A stretch of DNA of 64,000 nt from a virus, in IMG/VR virus record IMGVR_UViG_3300045988_056900. One strand, given 5' to 3'. Made by a program: the position numbers and the translations under genes. This document shows positions 52,882 to 64,000 of the stretch, piece after piece. A model generated the notes under the pieces. The model was not told where the DNA came from. It saw only the letters and a program-made list of their open reading frames with translations, and did not search any database. How positions within the stretch are numbered: position 1 is the first letter of the stretch; each line of letters opens with the position of its first letter.

Positions 52882-53862
52882 ATGTTACAACACGTAGATT
52901 ATATTCTAATCGGTAAAAATCTGCCAGCATCATATACAACTGCTGATGCTTTGAGTGCAGGCGACGTTGCTTTGTTCGACCAGAATAGAGCTATCATTAA
53001 GACTGCTGCTGATGCAGTTAATGCTACTTCTCTTTACGTAGGAGTTGCTCAAAATAAGATTAATGTAACTATGCCAAATGGTACAGTTGCTCAGAAAGCT
53101 AATATTAAATTCGGTAATGAAATCCAAAAAGCTTCTAAACCGAGTGCAGTTATTGGTGAATATGTAGCACCTGTTCAGGACAAAATTGTTATTACTTTGA
53201 CTGACGCTACTATCGTTGCTGGTCATAGATATGTTCTGAGAATGGTTTACAAAGATATCTATGAAGCTCCAGGTCAGTTCACACATACTTATGAAGTATA
53301 TGCTGACTCTAATGACGCTGAAGCTTTGGCAGCTGCTATTGTTAAGAAGATTAACAAACACAAAAATCGTAGAATCCAAGCTCAGTCTTCTGCTGCTGTT
53401 ATTACTTTGACAGCTATGGAAAAAGACGATAATGAAGGAGTTTACTCATTGAGTGAATACTCTGTAGTTAGCATGGAAGCTACCTTGTATACTACTGTTC
53501 CTGGTGCATTGCTGGCTAACCAGCCTACTGCAATCCCTGGTGCTACTATCGTTAAGACTCCTGGTAATCCTGGTAAAGGCTACTGGAAACAAGTACGTGA
53601 CGCTGAAGTACGTTTCATGGGCTACCAAGGTCATGTATTTACTGGAGCTTATCCTGAAGTAGAGCAGGCTAGAATGGTAGAAGAAGGTGCAACTTACGAC
53701 TATATTACTATCGAAAACGATAATTTGTATCTGAGTAACGATAACCAATATATCAAAACTACTCCGCTTACTACTGAACTGTATGTTAAGCATTCAAGTG
53801 GTTTTGCTACCTCTATCGTTGCTAAAGGTATCGAAGCATTTATCGCAGGTAAAGCAGCCTAA
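52882..53862 (+). CDS. Structural protein, possible auxiliary capsid/tail protein
   Basis: 326 aa, MLQHVDYILIGKNLPASYTTADALSAGDVALFDQNRAIIK...; no TAG needed. Confidence 0.65.
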   Translation: MLQHVDYILIGKNLPASYTTADALSAGDVALFDQNRAIIKTAADAVNATSLYVGVAQNKINVTMPNGTVAQKANIKFGNEIQKASKPSAVIGEYVAPVQDKIVITLTDATIVAGHRYVLRMVYKDIYEAPGQFTHTYEVYADSNDAEALAAAIVKKINKHKNRRIQAQSSAAVITLTAMEKDDNEGVYSLSEYSVVSMEATLYTTVPGALLANQPTAIPGATIVKTPGNPGKGYWKQVRDAEVRFMGYQGHVFTGAYPEVEQARMVEEGATYDYITIENDNLYLSNDNQYIKTTPLTTELYVKHSSGFATSIVAKGIEAFIAGKAA

Positions 53863-53883
53863 TAATAAATTACTGTAATAACT

Positions 53884-53921
53884 AAGTGGGGCGGGTTGGA
53901 TTATTCCTTCCCACTCCACTT
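53884..53921 (+). terminator. Intrinsic terminator
   Basis: AAGTGGGGCGGG...CCCACTCCACTT followed by TTTTTTATTTTT. Confidence 0.8.
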
Positions 53922-53937
53922 TTTTTATTTTTATAAT

Positions 53938-54564
53938 ATGAATAAAATAGTTGATGCAAATATAAAGGATAACATACTAAAATTTAATATTATAGCAGAT
54001 GTATCCATTACCAATAGTTCACAAGTAATAGTATACATAAATGAATGCAGTAATATTAAGAACCTGTATAGTGATGATCCTAAGCTGCAAGATTATGTAT
54101 TTGATTCTACGAATAGTGCCATATCTGTAACTCCAATTGTTAGAGAAGGTGAACCAGAGCTAGTTACTACTGTATATACTTATGAGGTATCTATTACTTC
54201 TGATATAATTAGTAGCTTTGATTCTAACATGAAGTATATCAAATTATACTGCACTACAGAGAATTATGTTAACGATTACATAGATGGCATAATCTACGAT
54301 CCTAATACGTTATATGAAGCAGAGATAAAGATGTTACATAGTTATTGTAATACTTGCTTAGATGATAAGCAAATGCAGAAGGTAATGATATTAGTCTTTA
54401 AAAGACAGCTTTTAGAATAGGCTATTGCTACTTCTCATAATAAAGAAGCTATGCAATATTATTTAGATTTGGTGCGCTTAATGGGCGTTAATGTTAATAA
54501 AAAATGTGATAATAATGGATGCTAGGAATGTAAAGTGTGCTTTAACGGGATGTGTTCCCTGTAA
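53938..54564 (+). CDS. Structural/hypothetical protein, TAG-recoded
   Basis: MNKIVDANIKDNILKF...; TAG 54418-54420 reads through to TAA 54564. Confidence 0.7.
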
Positions 54565-54775
54565 TAAAAACTGCATCCAACCTCTTAATCAATTCTTCTA
54601 TATAACTGTAGATTACAAAGGTAATTTAGTAATAATATCTGACTATGTTAAATATCCTGAAGTAGAAGTGGACCCAGCTGATCAATAGATTACGTTCCAT
54701 GATAAAGAGGTTACGGATTTCAATAAACCTGATACTAAACTGTTTTACAATGGAATACACAAAATTACTTGGTAA
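54515..54775 (+). CDS. Small Cys-rich protein, TAG-recoded
   Basis: MDARNVKCALTGCVPCNKNCIQPLNQFF...; reads through TAG 54686-54688. Confidence 0.65.
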
Positions 54776-55907
54776 AGTAACCTTAACAACAGATGGTCTA
54801 CACGATAGTGCTAGAACATATGATAGACTATGCTTAGTATATGACTCTGCATATAGATCTTTCATATCCATTAAAGATGTACCAGCTAACATTAGTATTG
54901 ACAATAAGACCTATTGGCAACCATTAAGCATAATTACAGCTGATAATGAGGATTTAATGGTAGATGAGAATCTACGTATTAAATTTGCAAATAAAGAGTA
55001 TAACCCTACACAGAATAGCGGTATGGGTTATGTTATACTACGCAAGAGAAAAGGCAATATAATCACATAGGAAGACTTCAGTCAAGCTAATACCTTATAC
55101 GTAGTAGAGTATGATTTCTACTTAGGTAGTAGTACTATTACTATACCAGAAGGGTGTGCAATATACTTCAAAGGTGGTACTTTAAATGCAGGTACTGTAG
55201 TAGGTACAGATACTATGGCATATGGTACTATAAGTAATAAAGGAGATGCTACATTTGATGGTACTTGGTAGGAATCAGGTACAGGAAGTGGAGGAGACCT
55301 TAGTGATTTAGAAGAAAGAGTAAAGAGATTGGAAGAAGCTATGTTCCCATATAAATTTACAGTTAGTGGAGGTGGAGTATATAAGAAAGGCACTACTTCT
55401 TCAGTTACTGTTAGATGGTCATTTGTACAAGGTACTACGACTGCTACACCTGATACATTAACTATTAATGGAGAGTCTGTAGCTCCTTCATAGACTAGTA
55501 AGACATACCTAGATGTAGGTGTAGATACTGATTATGTGATCAAAGCCACTAAAGATGGAATCGAGTATACTGGTACAGTTACAGCAAGATTTGTTAATCC
55601 ATCATACTTTGGAGTAGTTCCTAGTAACTTTGTACCTACAGAAGAACTAGTGAAAGAACTTAGTAGTGGTGATATTATAAAGAATACTAAGACTTACGCT
55701 ACTCCTACATTTACACAGAATGCTTAGAAGAACTGTTATGCATATCCAAAAGCGTTTGGTATGCTAACTGATATCAGAGATATGAGTAATCAGAATTTGA
55801 ACGGTTCTTATGTTTATACTGAGATAGCAATTAATGACGAGATGTATTATGTATATGTTCTCAAAACGCCATCTACAGTAACAAATTACAAAATAATCTT
55901 TAATTAA
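54750..55907 (+). CDS. Tail/appendage protein, TAG-recoded
   Basis: MEYTKLLGKVTLTTDGLHDSARTYDRLCLVYDSAYRSF...; one frame to TAA 55907. Confidence 0.75.
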
Positions 55908-55914
55908 AAGATAT

Positions 55915-58632
55915 ATGATACAAATTATAGATAACTTTGAACATAGAAGTAAACTACCTAATTTCGCCAGAGATCAATTCGATACCCTAGAAGAAATGAA
56001 GAATGTTCGTGATGAGGACATTGATGAAGGGCATATATCTTATTGTATATCAACAGATAAACACTACAAATTTAATGCTAGCAACGCTATTGATTAGTCT
56101 ACAGGTAAGTGGCGTGAATTCAAGGGTGAGAAAGGGGATCCTGGAAAAGATGGTCAAGATGGGACAAATGTTTCATCTAATCTTACTGCATTCGTCTTTA
56201 AGTCTAGTGAAACTACACCAAGCAAACCCGTGGGTGGTAGTTGGAATTCAGATACTAATGTATTTACTCCTCCAACAGGCTGGTATACAACAGATCAAAA
56301 CATGGTTGGTACCATCTGGATGTCATGGGCAGTATTTTAGACTACTGGAACTATTCAAGGGGAATGGTCTACGCCAGTTAGGATAACTGGTGAAAACGGT
56401 AAAGATGGATAGGATGGCAAATCAATAGAATTCATTTATAAGGTATCTAATAGAGTACCAAATAGTTCTGATAAGCCTAGTAGTGTAAATGAAGATGGTA
56501 GTGTGCCAGATGGTTGGACAGATCATCCTACTGGTGTAAGTGAATCTAATCAGTATGAATGGATGTGTGTCAGAACTAAAACTGATGATTTATGGTCTGA
56601 TTGGAATGGTCCAACAGTATGGTCTAAATGGGGAGCTAACGGTAAAGATGGAGATGGAGTAGAATATATATACAAAAGAACTACTACTAACTTATCTCCA
56701 GATAGACCTACAGAAGTAAGTCAAGAAGATGACTTTGTACCTGAAGGATGGACTGATGATCCTACTGGTGTAAACGAGAATAACATGTATGAGTGGGTAT
56801 GTGTTAGAAAGTACAAAGAAGGAATTTGGAGTGAATTCAGTAATCCTGCTTTATGGGCAAAATGGGGAGAGAAAGGAGAACCAGGTAAGGATGGGAATGA
56901 TGGTACATCTGTTAATATAAAAGGAGAAGTAGCATCAGAAGATCAATTGCCAGAATCAGCTCAACCTGGAGATGCCTACGTAGTAAATGGAGATTTATAT
57001 GTATGGGATGGATTAAGATGGAATAACATAGGTGGTATTAAAGGTCCAGCCGGTGATTCTGCTTACGTACATATAGCATTCGCAGACAATGTTGTAACAG
57101 ATAGTATGGGCAACGTAGCATAGGTATACGGATTCACTACTAGTGGATATACTGTTATGAAACCATTCATAGGTACTTATGCTGATCATACTGTAGCAGA
57201 TTCGTAGGATCCTTTAGTATATAAATGGCAGAAGAATAAAGGAGATAAAGGGGATACAGGTAATGATGGACCACAAGGAGTACCAGGTCCAGCAGGATAG
57301 GATGGTAAAACATTATACACTTGGATTAGATATGCAGAAGATGCAAATGGTACAGGTATAAGCAATAGTCCTGATGGTAAAAGTTATATAGGCTTAGCTT
57401 ACAACAAAGAAACAGCATCTGAAAGTAATAATCCTAGTGATTATACATGGTCAAAGATAACAGGTAAAGATGGAGTAGCTGGTCCTGCTGGAGAAGACGG
57501 TAAAACATTATATACTTGGATTAAGTACGCTGATACTATGCCTACTTCTTCATCTAGTACTATATATGATATACCTAATGAAAATACTAAGTATATTGGT
57601 ATAGCAGTAAATAAAGATACAGCATCTGAAAGTACAGATGCAATGGTCTATACTTGGAGTCTATTTAGAGGAGCAGATGGTACTAATGGTACCAATGGAA
57701 AAGACGGTAGAGATGGTAGAATTGTATATCCTGCTGGTATATATGACGCTACAGTAACTTATACAGCTACTGATACTAAAGCACCATACGTATTATATGG
57801 AGAAACATATTATGTTATGAACGTAACCACTAGTTGGACTGGTTCATAGAATGATGGTAAAACTCCTGCAGATGATTATGAACAATACGGCGAACATGCT
57901 ACATGGATACCAATGGAAAAGTTTGAAGCTGTATACGCTAAGTTATTGATTGCAGATAACGGTACATTAGGTAAGTTTGTGTTCAACGGAAATTACATGT
58001 TTAGTCAACAAGGTAAAGATGGAAGTGGTAATAGTTCTAATGACTATGAAAACTTCAATCCAGACAGACCTGATTCAGGAAACTTTTAGCCTAATCTATA
58101 CATAGACGGACTTACTGGAAAAATAGTAGCTAGTAATGCTTATGTAAAAGGTTCATATAAAGAATAGGCTAAATTGGTTACTAATTCTGATTCTTACTTC
58201 TTAGAATATGGCGGAGGTATTATAAGTGTTAATAGAAGGGTAGATGATCTTATGGGGAAAAATACCCATTAGCACGTAAGTGTTGGTAGTGGTTGGATAT
58301 ATAATTCAGGTAATCCTGAAAAAGAATGGTCTTCATACACTATTACTAATGTATCAGATACTCCACTTTTAATAACAAACTATTTTTCAGGTTGTTTCAG
58401 AGCATTTAGTTATCTTAATAGTTTATATTATGGAGTAATATTACCAGATAAATATAGTTCTGTTACACTGAGAAGAGTGAGAGTGCCAGATGATACTCCT
58501 GTAGATTTTGATGGATTATCTAATGCAGGTTATGTAAACGAAATAGCTCTTATACAGCCAGGGCAAAACAGAGTAACTACTAATGTAACTTGGACAGTAG
58601 GAAAGGTTAATTACAATATGATACAACTCTAA
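55915..58632 (+). CDS. Tail fiber/spike with collagen-like repeats, TAG-recoded
   Basis: GEKGDPGKDGQDG, GENGKDG(Q)DGK, GPQGVPGPAG(Q)DG, GTNGTNGKDGRDG; repeated VPxGWTDxPTGVxExNxYEWxCVR modules. Confidence 0.88.
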
Positions 58633-59654
58633 TGAAAAACATAGTAGATAAATAGCTAAGATACTCTGTTAAAATAAATTACAGAGACGTTTTAGCATCT
58701 ATATGTATTAACGAACTAGAATCTTTACTTAACAAAGTAGATTTAGTTCAAGATAGATAGATGCTAAAAGATATGATCTGTCATTGTAATAGGCATATAG
58801 GCGTGGATTCTCCTCTAGGGCTCTTCACTGTATGTAATCTATTTACCCCTTATGAAGAACCAGAATGCTCTTACGGTAGAATAATCTATAATATATTCCA
58901 AGTAAGAGATGGAGTGGAAGAAGCTCCTATTGATGGTAAGCAATACGCTAGATAGAATGCGCAGTGGAGTGAAGTCAAAAGTACTGGTGGTGGAGATATG
59001 GAAACAAATACTCCTTTAGTTAAACCTACTATGTTAGTAACATGGATGAACAATAGAACTGGTACTACTAGTACTTCTCTATCAATAAATGCAGAAATAG
59101 GTGATGTATATAAATGGACAGGTAGCTACATGTGGAGTTCTAAGAATGACTATAAAAATCCAGAAACTATGGAGAGTAATGTGTTTGATAAATTGACATC
59201 TGATGGAGTACAATCTCCCACAGTAGAAATAGAAGTACTGTCTAATGCTAATTATTATGTTACACTTAAAGCTCCTAAGACTGGATATGAAATAATAGAC
59301 GGTACTTTGGTTCCAGCTACTGGAGATGATAAGTAGACTGTAAATAGTAAGATTAATTTCTTATATCCTGTATATTATGGAGTAAATGGAAAATTAAATA
59401 AATAGTTAGTATCTTCTAATAATTTAACTATCTCTAATGTAACAACAAGTGGTAGTGAGTACTTTGTATATAAGTATCCTAGTAGTTTTCCTAAACTAAC
59501 TACTATTACTTAGAATGATGCATATAATATAACACAAGCATTCATTTATAGTGAAGAATAGTTCACAACTGATACAGGACTTAAATTAACAATGAGAGTA
59601 TATACTTCTGCTAATCCAGGAGCGTTTACTAATGCTAAACTAAACTTTAAATGA
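58632..59654 (+). CDS. Tail appendage protein, TAG-recoded
   Basis: ATG overlaps the previous TAA; one frame to TGA with multiple TAG. Confidence 0.75.
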
Positions 59655-62600
59655 CAGAGAGTATAATCACATTCCCGTCGAAGATTGGTAGTAATAATCC
59701 TAAAGCCTATGGAGCTATTAATGCGACATAGGTTTCTGGGCATAAACAAGTTGCTACTACTAGTGATCTATACACTATTTCTGATTCTATACTTAGCGAG
59801 AGTAAAGATAATACTAACAATGATGCTATAGGTTAGAGATGGTTTGTGTAGAGTTCATAGGATTACTATCAATTAATTAGCTGGGAAAATAGAAATAATA
59901 GTAGAGGTTGGTCAGTAGTGCAAGGCGGGAGTGGTGATGGAGGTACTAACATTGTTATATCTGATACTCCGCCTTTAGATACTAATGACATATGGGCAGA
60001 TGACTCTGAAAAGTCAATTCCTGAATATGTGAATGAAGACTTATAGAGTTTGATATAGGCAGTTAATGCTATTCAACAATAGATAAGGAAGTATGAATAT
60101 GCATTTAACAATCAATTAAGTTCTGGAGATTTTACTAATAATACTGCTGATGCTATTACTAGTGTAGAACCAGAATAGCCTGTAGAATATACAGAAGAAT
60201 AGAACTTAAAATATATAGGTACTAATACGGCTAGAGACCCTGAGTATCCAGCATACTCTGAAACTATGATACCTAACCTTAAACATTTATGTATTAAGGC
60301 TGGTAAATATACTGACCTATTAGATAATCAAGATAAATTTTTAAATAATGAATTATTGTGGTGTACCGATACCCAAAGACTTTATATTAAAAGTGAAGGT
60401 AACCTTGTATGGATTAATAAATCCGGAGGTGGTGGAGGTGAAGACCCAGACCCAGGAGATGAAGGCATGACTAAAGATGATTTAGATAAACTGGACTATA
60501 TTGGATTTGTAGCTCCAAGTGGACAAACTTATCGTGTTAAGGTAAGTAATGATGGTAAACTTATTGTTTACATGAAAGAACTCGATACACCTCAAGCAGA
60601 ACCAACTGGAGGTCAAACAGATCCTAGTACTGGCTGGGTGTATGTAACTTCTTTGTATTTACAGAAATTATATATTAATAGTTTATACTGCGGAGGACTA
60701 ACTGCAGATGAACATAGCTATAATTACTGTTCACATAATTTCGTAGAACTATCCAATCTAACTGATGCGGATATTAATCTAAATGGGCTATCGTTATAGT
60801 ACTCTAGTGGTGGTACTAATTGGGAAGTTCTTCCCCTTGAAGGGCTAATTAAAAAAGGAGAAACATTTCTTATTAGAGGAGCGCAATGCTCAGTAATGGA
60901 TGCAAATACTACTCGTATCAAAGTAAACAGTTATGATATGGAATGGTATGCTAAAGACGGATAGTTAATTAAGTTTGATAATACTAAAGCAAAGTTTTAT
61001 CTTACTTGGGGTGATACTCCTTCTAGTGTAGCATCTCCATATAGTAATGTTGGAGGAAGTTATAAAGTAAGTAAAGGATATATAGATTTAGTGGGATTAA
61101 ATAAAGAAAATGCCGGTGATGCAGATACTATTGATGCTAAAGAAAATAATCCATATGCTTATCTCAATTCCAACAGATTATTTACTAAGTATTATAGTAT
61201 GGACCCAGTAAGTCAAGCTACTAAATCGTTGGATAAGAGAAATAATGCCAATGATTGGTATTTCGTAGATTTGACTAAAGATATTATTCCTATGATAGAA
61301 TCTTATACTCCTAAGGCTACTTATGAGCATAAAAATATATTCTATAATAAAACCAAACTAGATACTACTAAACCGAACTATATTACATGTACTTTTGGTA
61401 TTCAAGCAACTGCTCCTAATGCTACTAGATGCTTTAACTGGATATCTACTGAGTATCATGACGAATTCTTATGGTATAAGAAGCAAGGAGAATTAGAATG
61501 GAACAAAGTAGAATCATTCAAAAATGAATCTGGTATTAGAAAGTATTATAATAGAATTAGATCTGAGTTTACCGATGGTACAGCATTCACTACTCATAAA
61601 GTAATAATCAAAAATCTAAGTGCTGGAGTATATGATTACAAGGTAGTTAGAGATGAGAATTACGAAAGTGAAGTATTACATTTTACTGTACGTGAAGGAT
61701 CAGATGAATTCACCTTTGTTCAAGTATCAGACCAATAGGGATTTAGATGGGATGAATATCAGATATGGAAATCATCTGCTGAATACATCAAAGACAATGT
61801 AGCTGATATGGAGTTCACAGTAAATACTGGCGATATGACTCAAAATGGTAATCGTGTTAACGAATGGATTGACTACTATACAGGTAGACAAGCTATGAAG
61901 GATTTCGAGGAAATGCCAGTAATTGGAAATAATGACTTGTGTCCTGCCAACATTTATCAGTTAGGTAATGGAGGTGATAGTTCAAAGATTAATCCTAAGA
62001 ACTTATCATTCTTCTATACTTTTGAAATGGATGAAGAGAATCCTCCTATTTTCAACATTGAGGGTAAGGAAGTATTCATTGATTCTCTATATTCATTCAA
62101 TTATGGCAATGTACACTTCATGGCTATCAATTCTGAGATTACAGATGGTACTGAGAAGAATGTGTATGGACTAAGTACAAACGGTTTAGTATATTCTAAT
62201 ATGAAGACATGGTGTCAGAACGATATTAATAAGAATTCTGATAAGACATGGAAGATAGCGTTTACTCACGAGTTACCATTTACTATTATTACTCAGAATG
62301 TGATCAGTAAGTTTTATTGGGATAATACAGAAAACAGTAAGATTGAAAGATCTGGTAGTCACTTGAACTATAATACTACAGCTGATAATAAGTACTGGTT
62401 TAGTAAATTCTGTCAGGAGAATGACATTAGATTAGCTATAGGTGGACATAAACATACATATGCAGCTACATTCCCATTGAAGGAGAATCCAGTTAGCACT
62501 ATGAAACCTATTATTCAAGTGACAGCAGAGATGCTACAAGAATCATTTGGTACTACTACTCTTGCTGCTGATAATTCAGATCCACAACTAGAAGGTCAAT

Positions 62601-63031
62601 TATTCCCATCTACATGGATTGGTAATGATGCATATAAGACTCAGAAGCACTTATGTACATTTGAGTTAGTAGATAGGATAACTGCTCCTGTATACATTAC
62701 TAATCAAGCTACAGGTTATAAACACACTTCTAATAAGGAGTTGCCATCCCCTTATACTCCTTGGGATCACTACTTCTTCCCAGCTACTATTACTCAAACT
62801 AGTCAAACAGATATTACAGCTAAAGTAAATGCTGGGCAAAGATATCCTTTCTATACTATTTATAAAGTAACAGCTAGTAATATTCAGTGCATTACTAAAA
62901 AGATTAATTACTTATTTACTTCTGCTGGTAAATATAATGTTAATATTCCTAGTAGCAGTAATCCTCCTGCAGCAATTGGTGGAAACGGAGAAATTAATAG
63001 TGGTAATGACATAATTGTTATAACAAAATGA
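59651..63031 (+). CDS. Tail appendage protein with C-terminal calcineurin-like phosphoesterase, TAG-recoded
   Basis: FVQVSDQ(Q)GF, TVNTGDMTQNG, VIGNNDL, IAFTHELPF, AIGGHKHTYAA in one TAG-read-through frame ending TGA. Confidence 0.88.
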
Positions 63032-64000
63032 ATTTAAGAAAGTATAATGAAACTACCGGCACTTGGGATATAATCTCTTCAGGTAATGCTTCTGGTATCA
63101 TGGTTACAGACCCTCACTTTTTAGATGAGGGTCAAACCTTTAAGTCTGTTAATCAAGTATTAGTAGACATGGATGACAAAGTAGAAGAGACTAAACGTAA
63201 TCTTAGTTGGGTAGTATTAAACGGTACTATTGGTGGCGGAGGAGGCGGTGGTGGAACCACAGCGTCTATAAAGCTAACTGATGGTAGTATTGTTACTAAT
63301 GAAGGTGTAAACTATTTGTATTCAACATAGACCAAACTGACACTACACTATCTTATTAGTTCTACTAAACCGAACGAGAAGTATAACATATCTGTATCAC
63401 TAGATGGTAATACTATAATCAGTAAACAGATTGGTTATTCTTCTGTACAAGGTACATTAGATATTCCTAATATTGCGTAGTTCTCAAATTCAGCCAGTCA
63501 TAGTATAGTAGTTACTGCTGAGAATGCAGAAGGTATATCTGTTACACCGTATCTACTTACAGTAGTAGAATCTTCTATTAGCCTAGAATCTTCAGTAACA
63601 TCTGTAACTGCAACTATTGGATTACCATATAATATCACGTATAAGATAACAAATAAAGTGTTAGGTTCAGAGACTTCTCTTATTGTTACTAATACTACTA
63701 ATGGTATATCTAAGAGTTATTCTGTAGGTAAGTTTACTTCTGTAGAACCTAAACTATTAGATGTTAACTTCTTTGATCTATTTGATGGTGCTACTCCAAC
63801 TGCCGGTAGTTCTTATACTATATCTGCTTAGGCTACTACATCAGTAGATACTCAGGTAATCAATTCTGATGTGATAACTAACAAAGTAGTAGTAGAAGAT
63901 GGTTAGACACTAGTAGTACTAGTAGATGGAGTAACCACACAAGCAGACATAGAATCTGGAATTGAACCTACTGAGTTTGCACAATCTGGTAATATATCAT
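63028..64000 (+). CDS. Tail protein, TAG-recoded, truncated at window end
   Basis: MNLRKYNETTGTWDIISSGN...GGGGGGGTTASIKLTDGS...(Q)TKLTLHYLISS...; open to 64000. Confidence 0.75.

Noticed and set aside
54491-54688. Start of the Cys-rich gene at 54491
   Set aside because: The in-frame ATG at 54515 (MDARNVKCALTG) fits better; the upstream part overlaps a recoded gene and has no support.
40332-63031. Late-region ORFs in the track taken as separate small genes
   Set aside because: They share frames and are separated only by TAG; joining them restores complete domains.
1-64000. Integrase, prophage attachment or transposon
   Set aside because: No integrase or transposase motif was seen; tRNA-like elements looked like possible att sites, but nothing supports integration.

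Overview
The window is a contiguous piece of a crAss-like phage genome (Crassvirales-type gene order). It reads with TAG reassigned to Gln (genetic code 15-like), while TAA and TGA remain stops. Layout: (1) plus strand 1..6713, the ends of two giant proteins, the first carrying a SLOG-like nucleotide-binding domain. (2) Minus strand 35120..6781, a replication/early block: PD-(D/E)XK exonuclease, AAA+ ATPase, DUF1064-like nuclease, DnaG-like primase, SSB-like protein, Sak4-like ATPase, DnaB-like helicase, family B DNA polymerase, an ECF-like sigma factor and many small proteins, with several ORF-poor structured gaps. (3) A divergent region near 35.12-35.41 kb. (4) Plus strand 35.4-39.9 kb, small middle genes including an HExxH protein. 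(5) Plus strand 40.1-64.0 kb, the late cassette: tRNA-like element, tRNA-CTA suppressor, terL, HNH, portal, HNH, scaffold-like, MCP, connectors, collagen-like fiber, and a phosphoesterase-fused tail protein. The supplied ORF track breaks nearly every late gene at in-frame TAGs, and I rebuilt those genes by hand. The observations most worth following are: the CTA tRNA next to terL, with TAG density strongly partitioned by strand; TAG codons at conserved positions of catalytic proteins; three hairpins with covarying stems and a near-constant loop; tRNA-like elements lacking a normal anticodon arm; and three neighbouring genes whose proteins all end in -LAA (ssrA-degron-like). No database search was run; family calls rest on recognised motifs and synteny.
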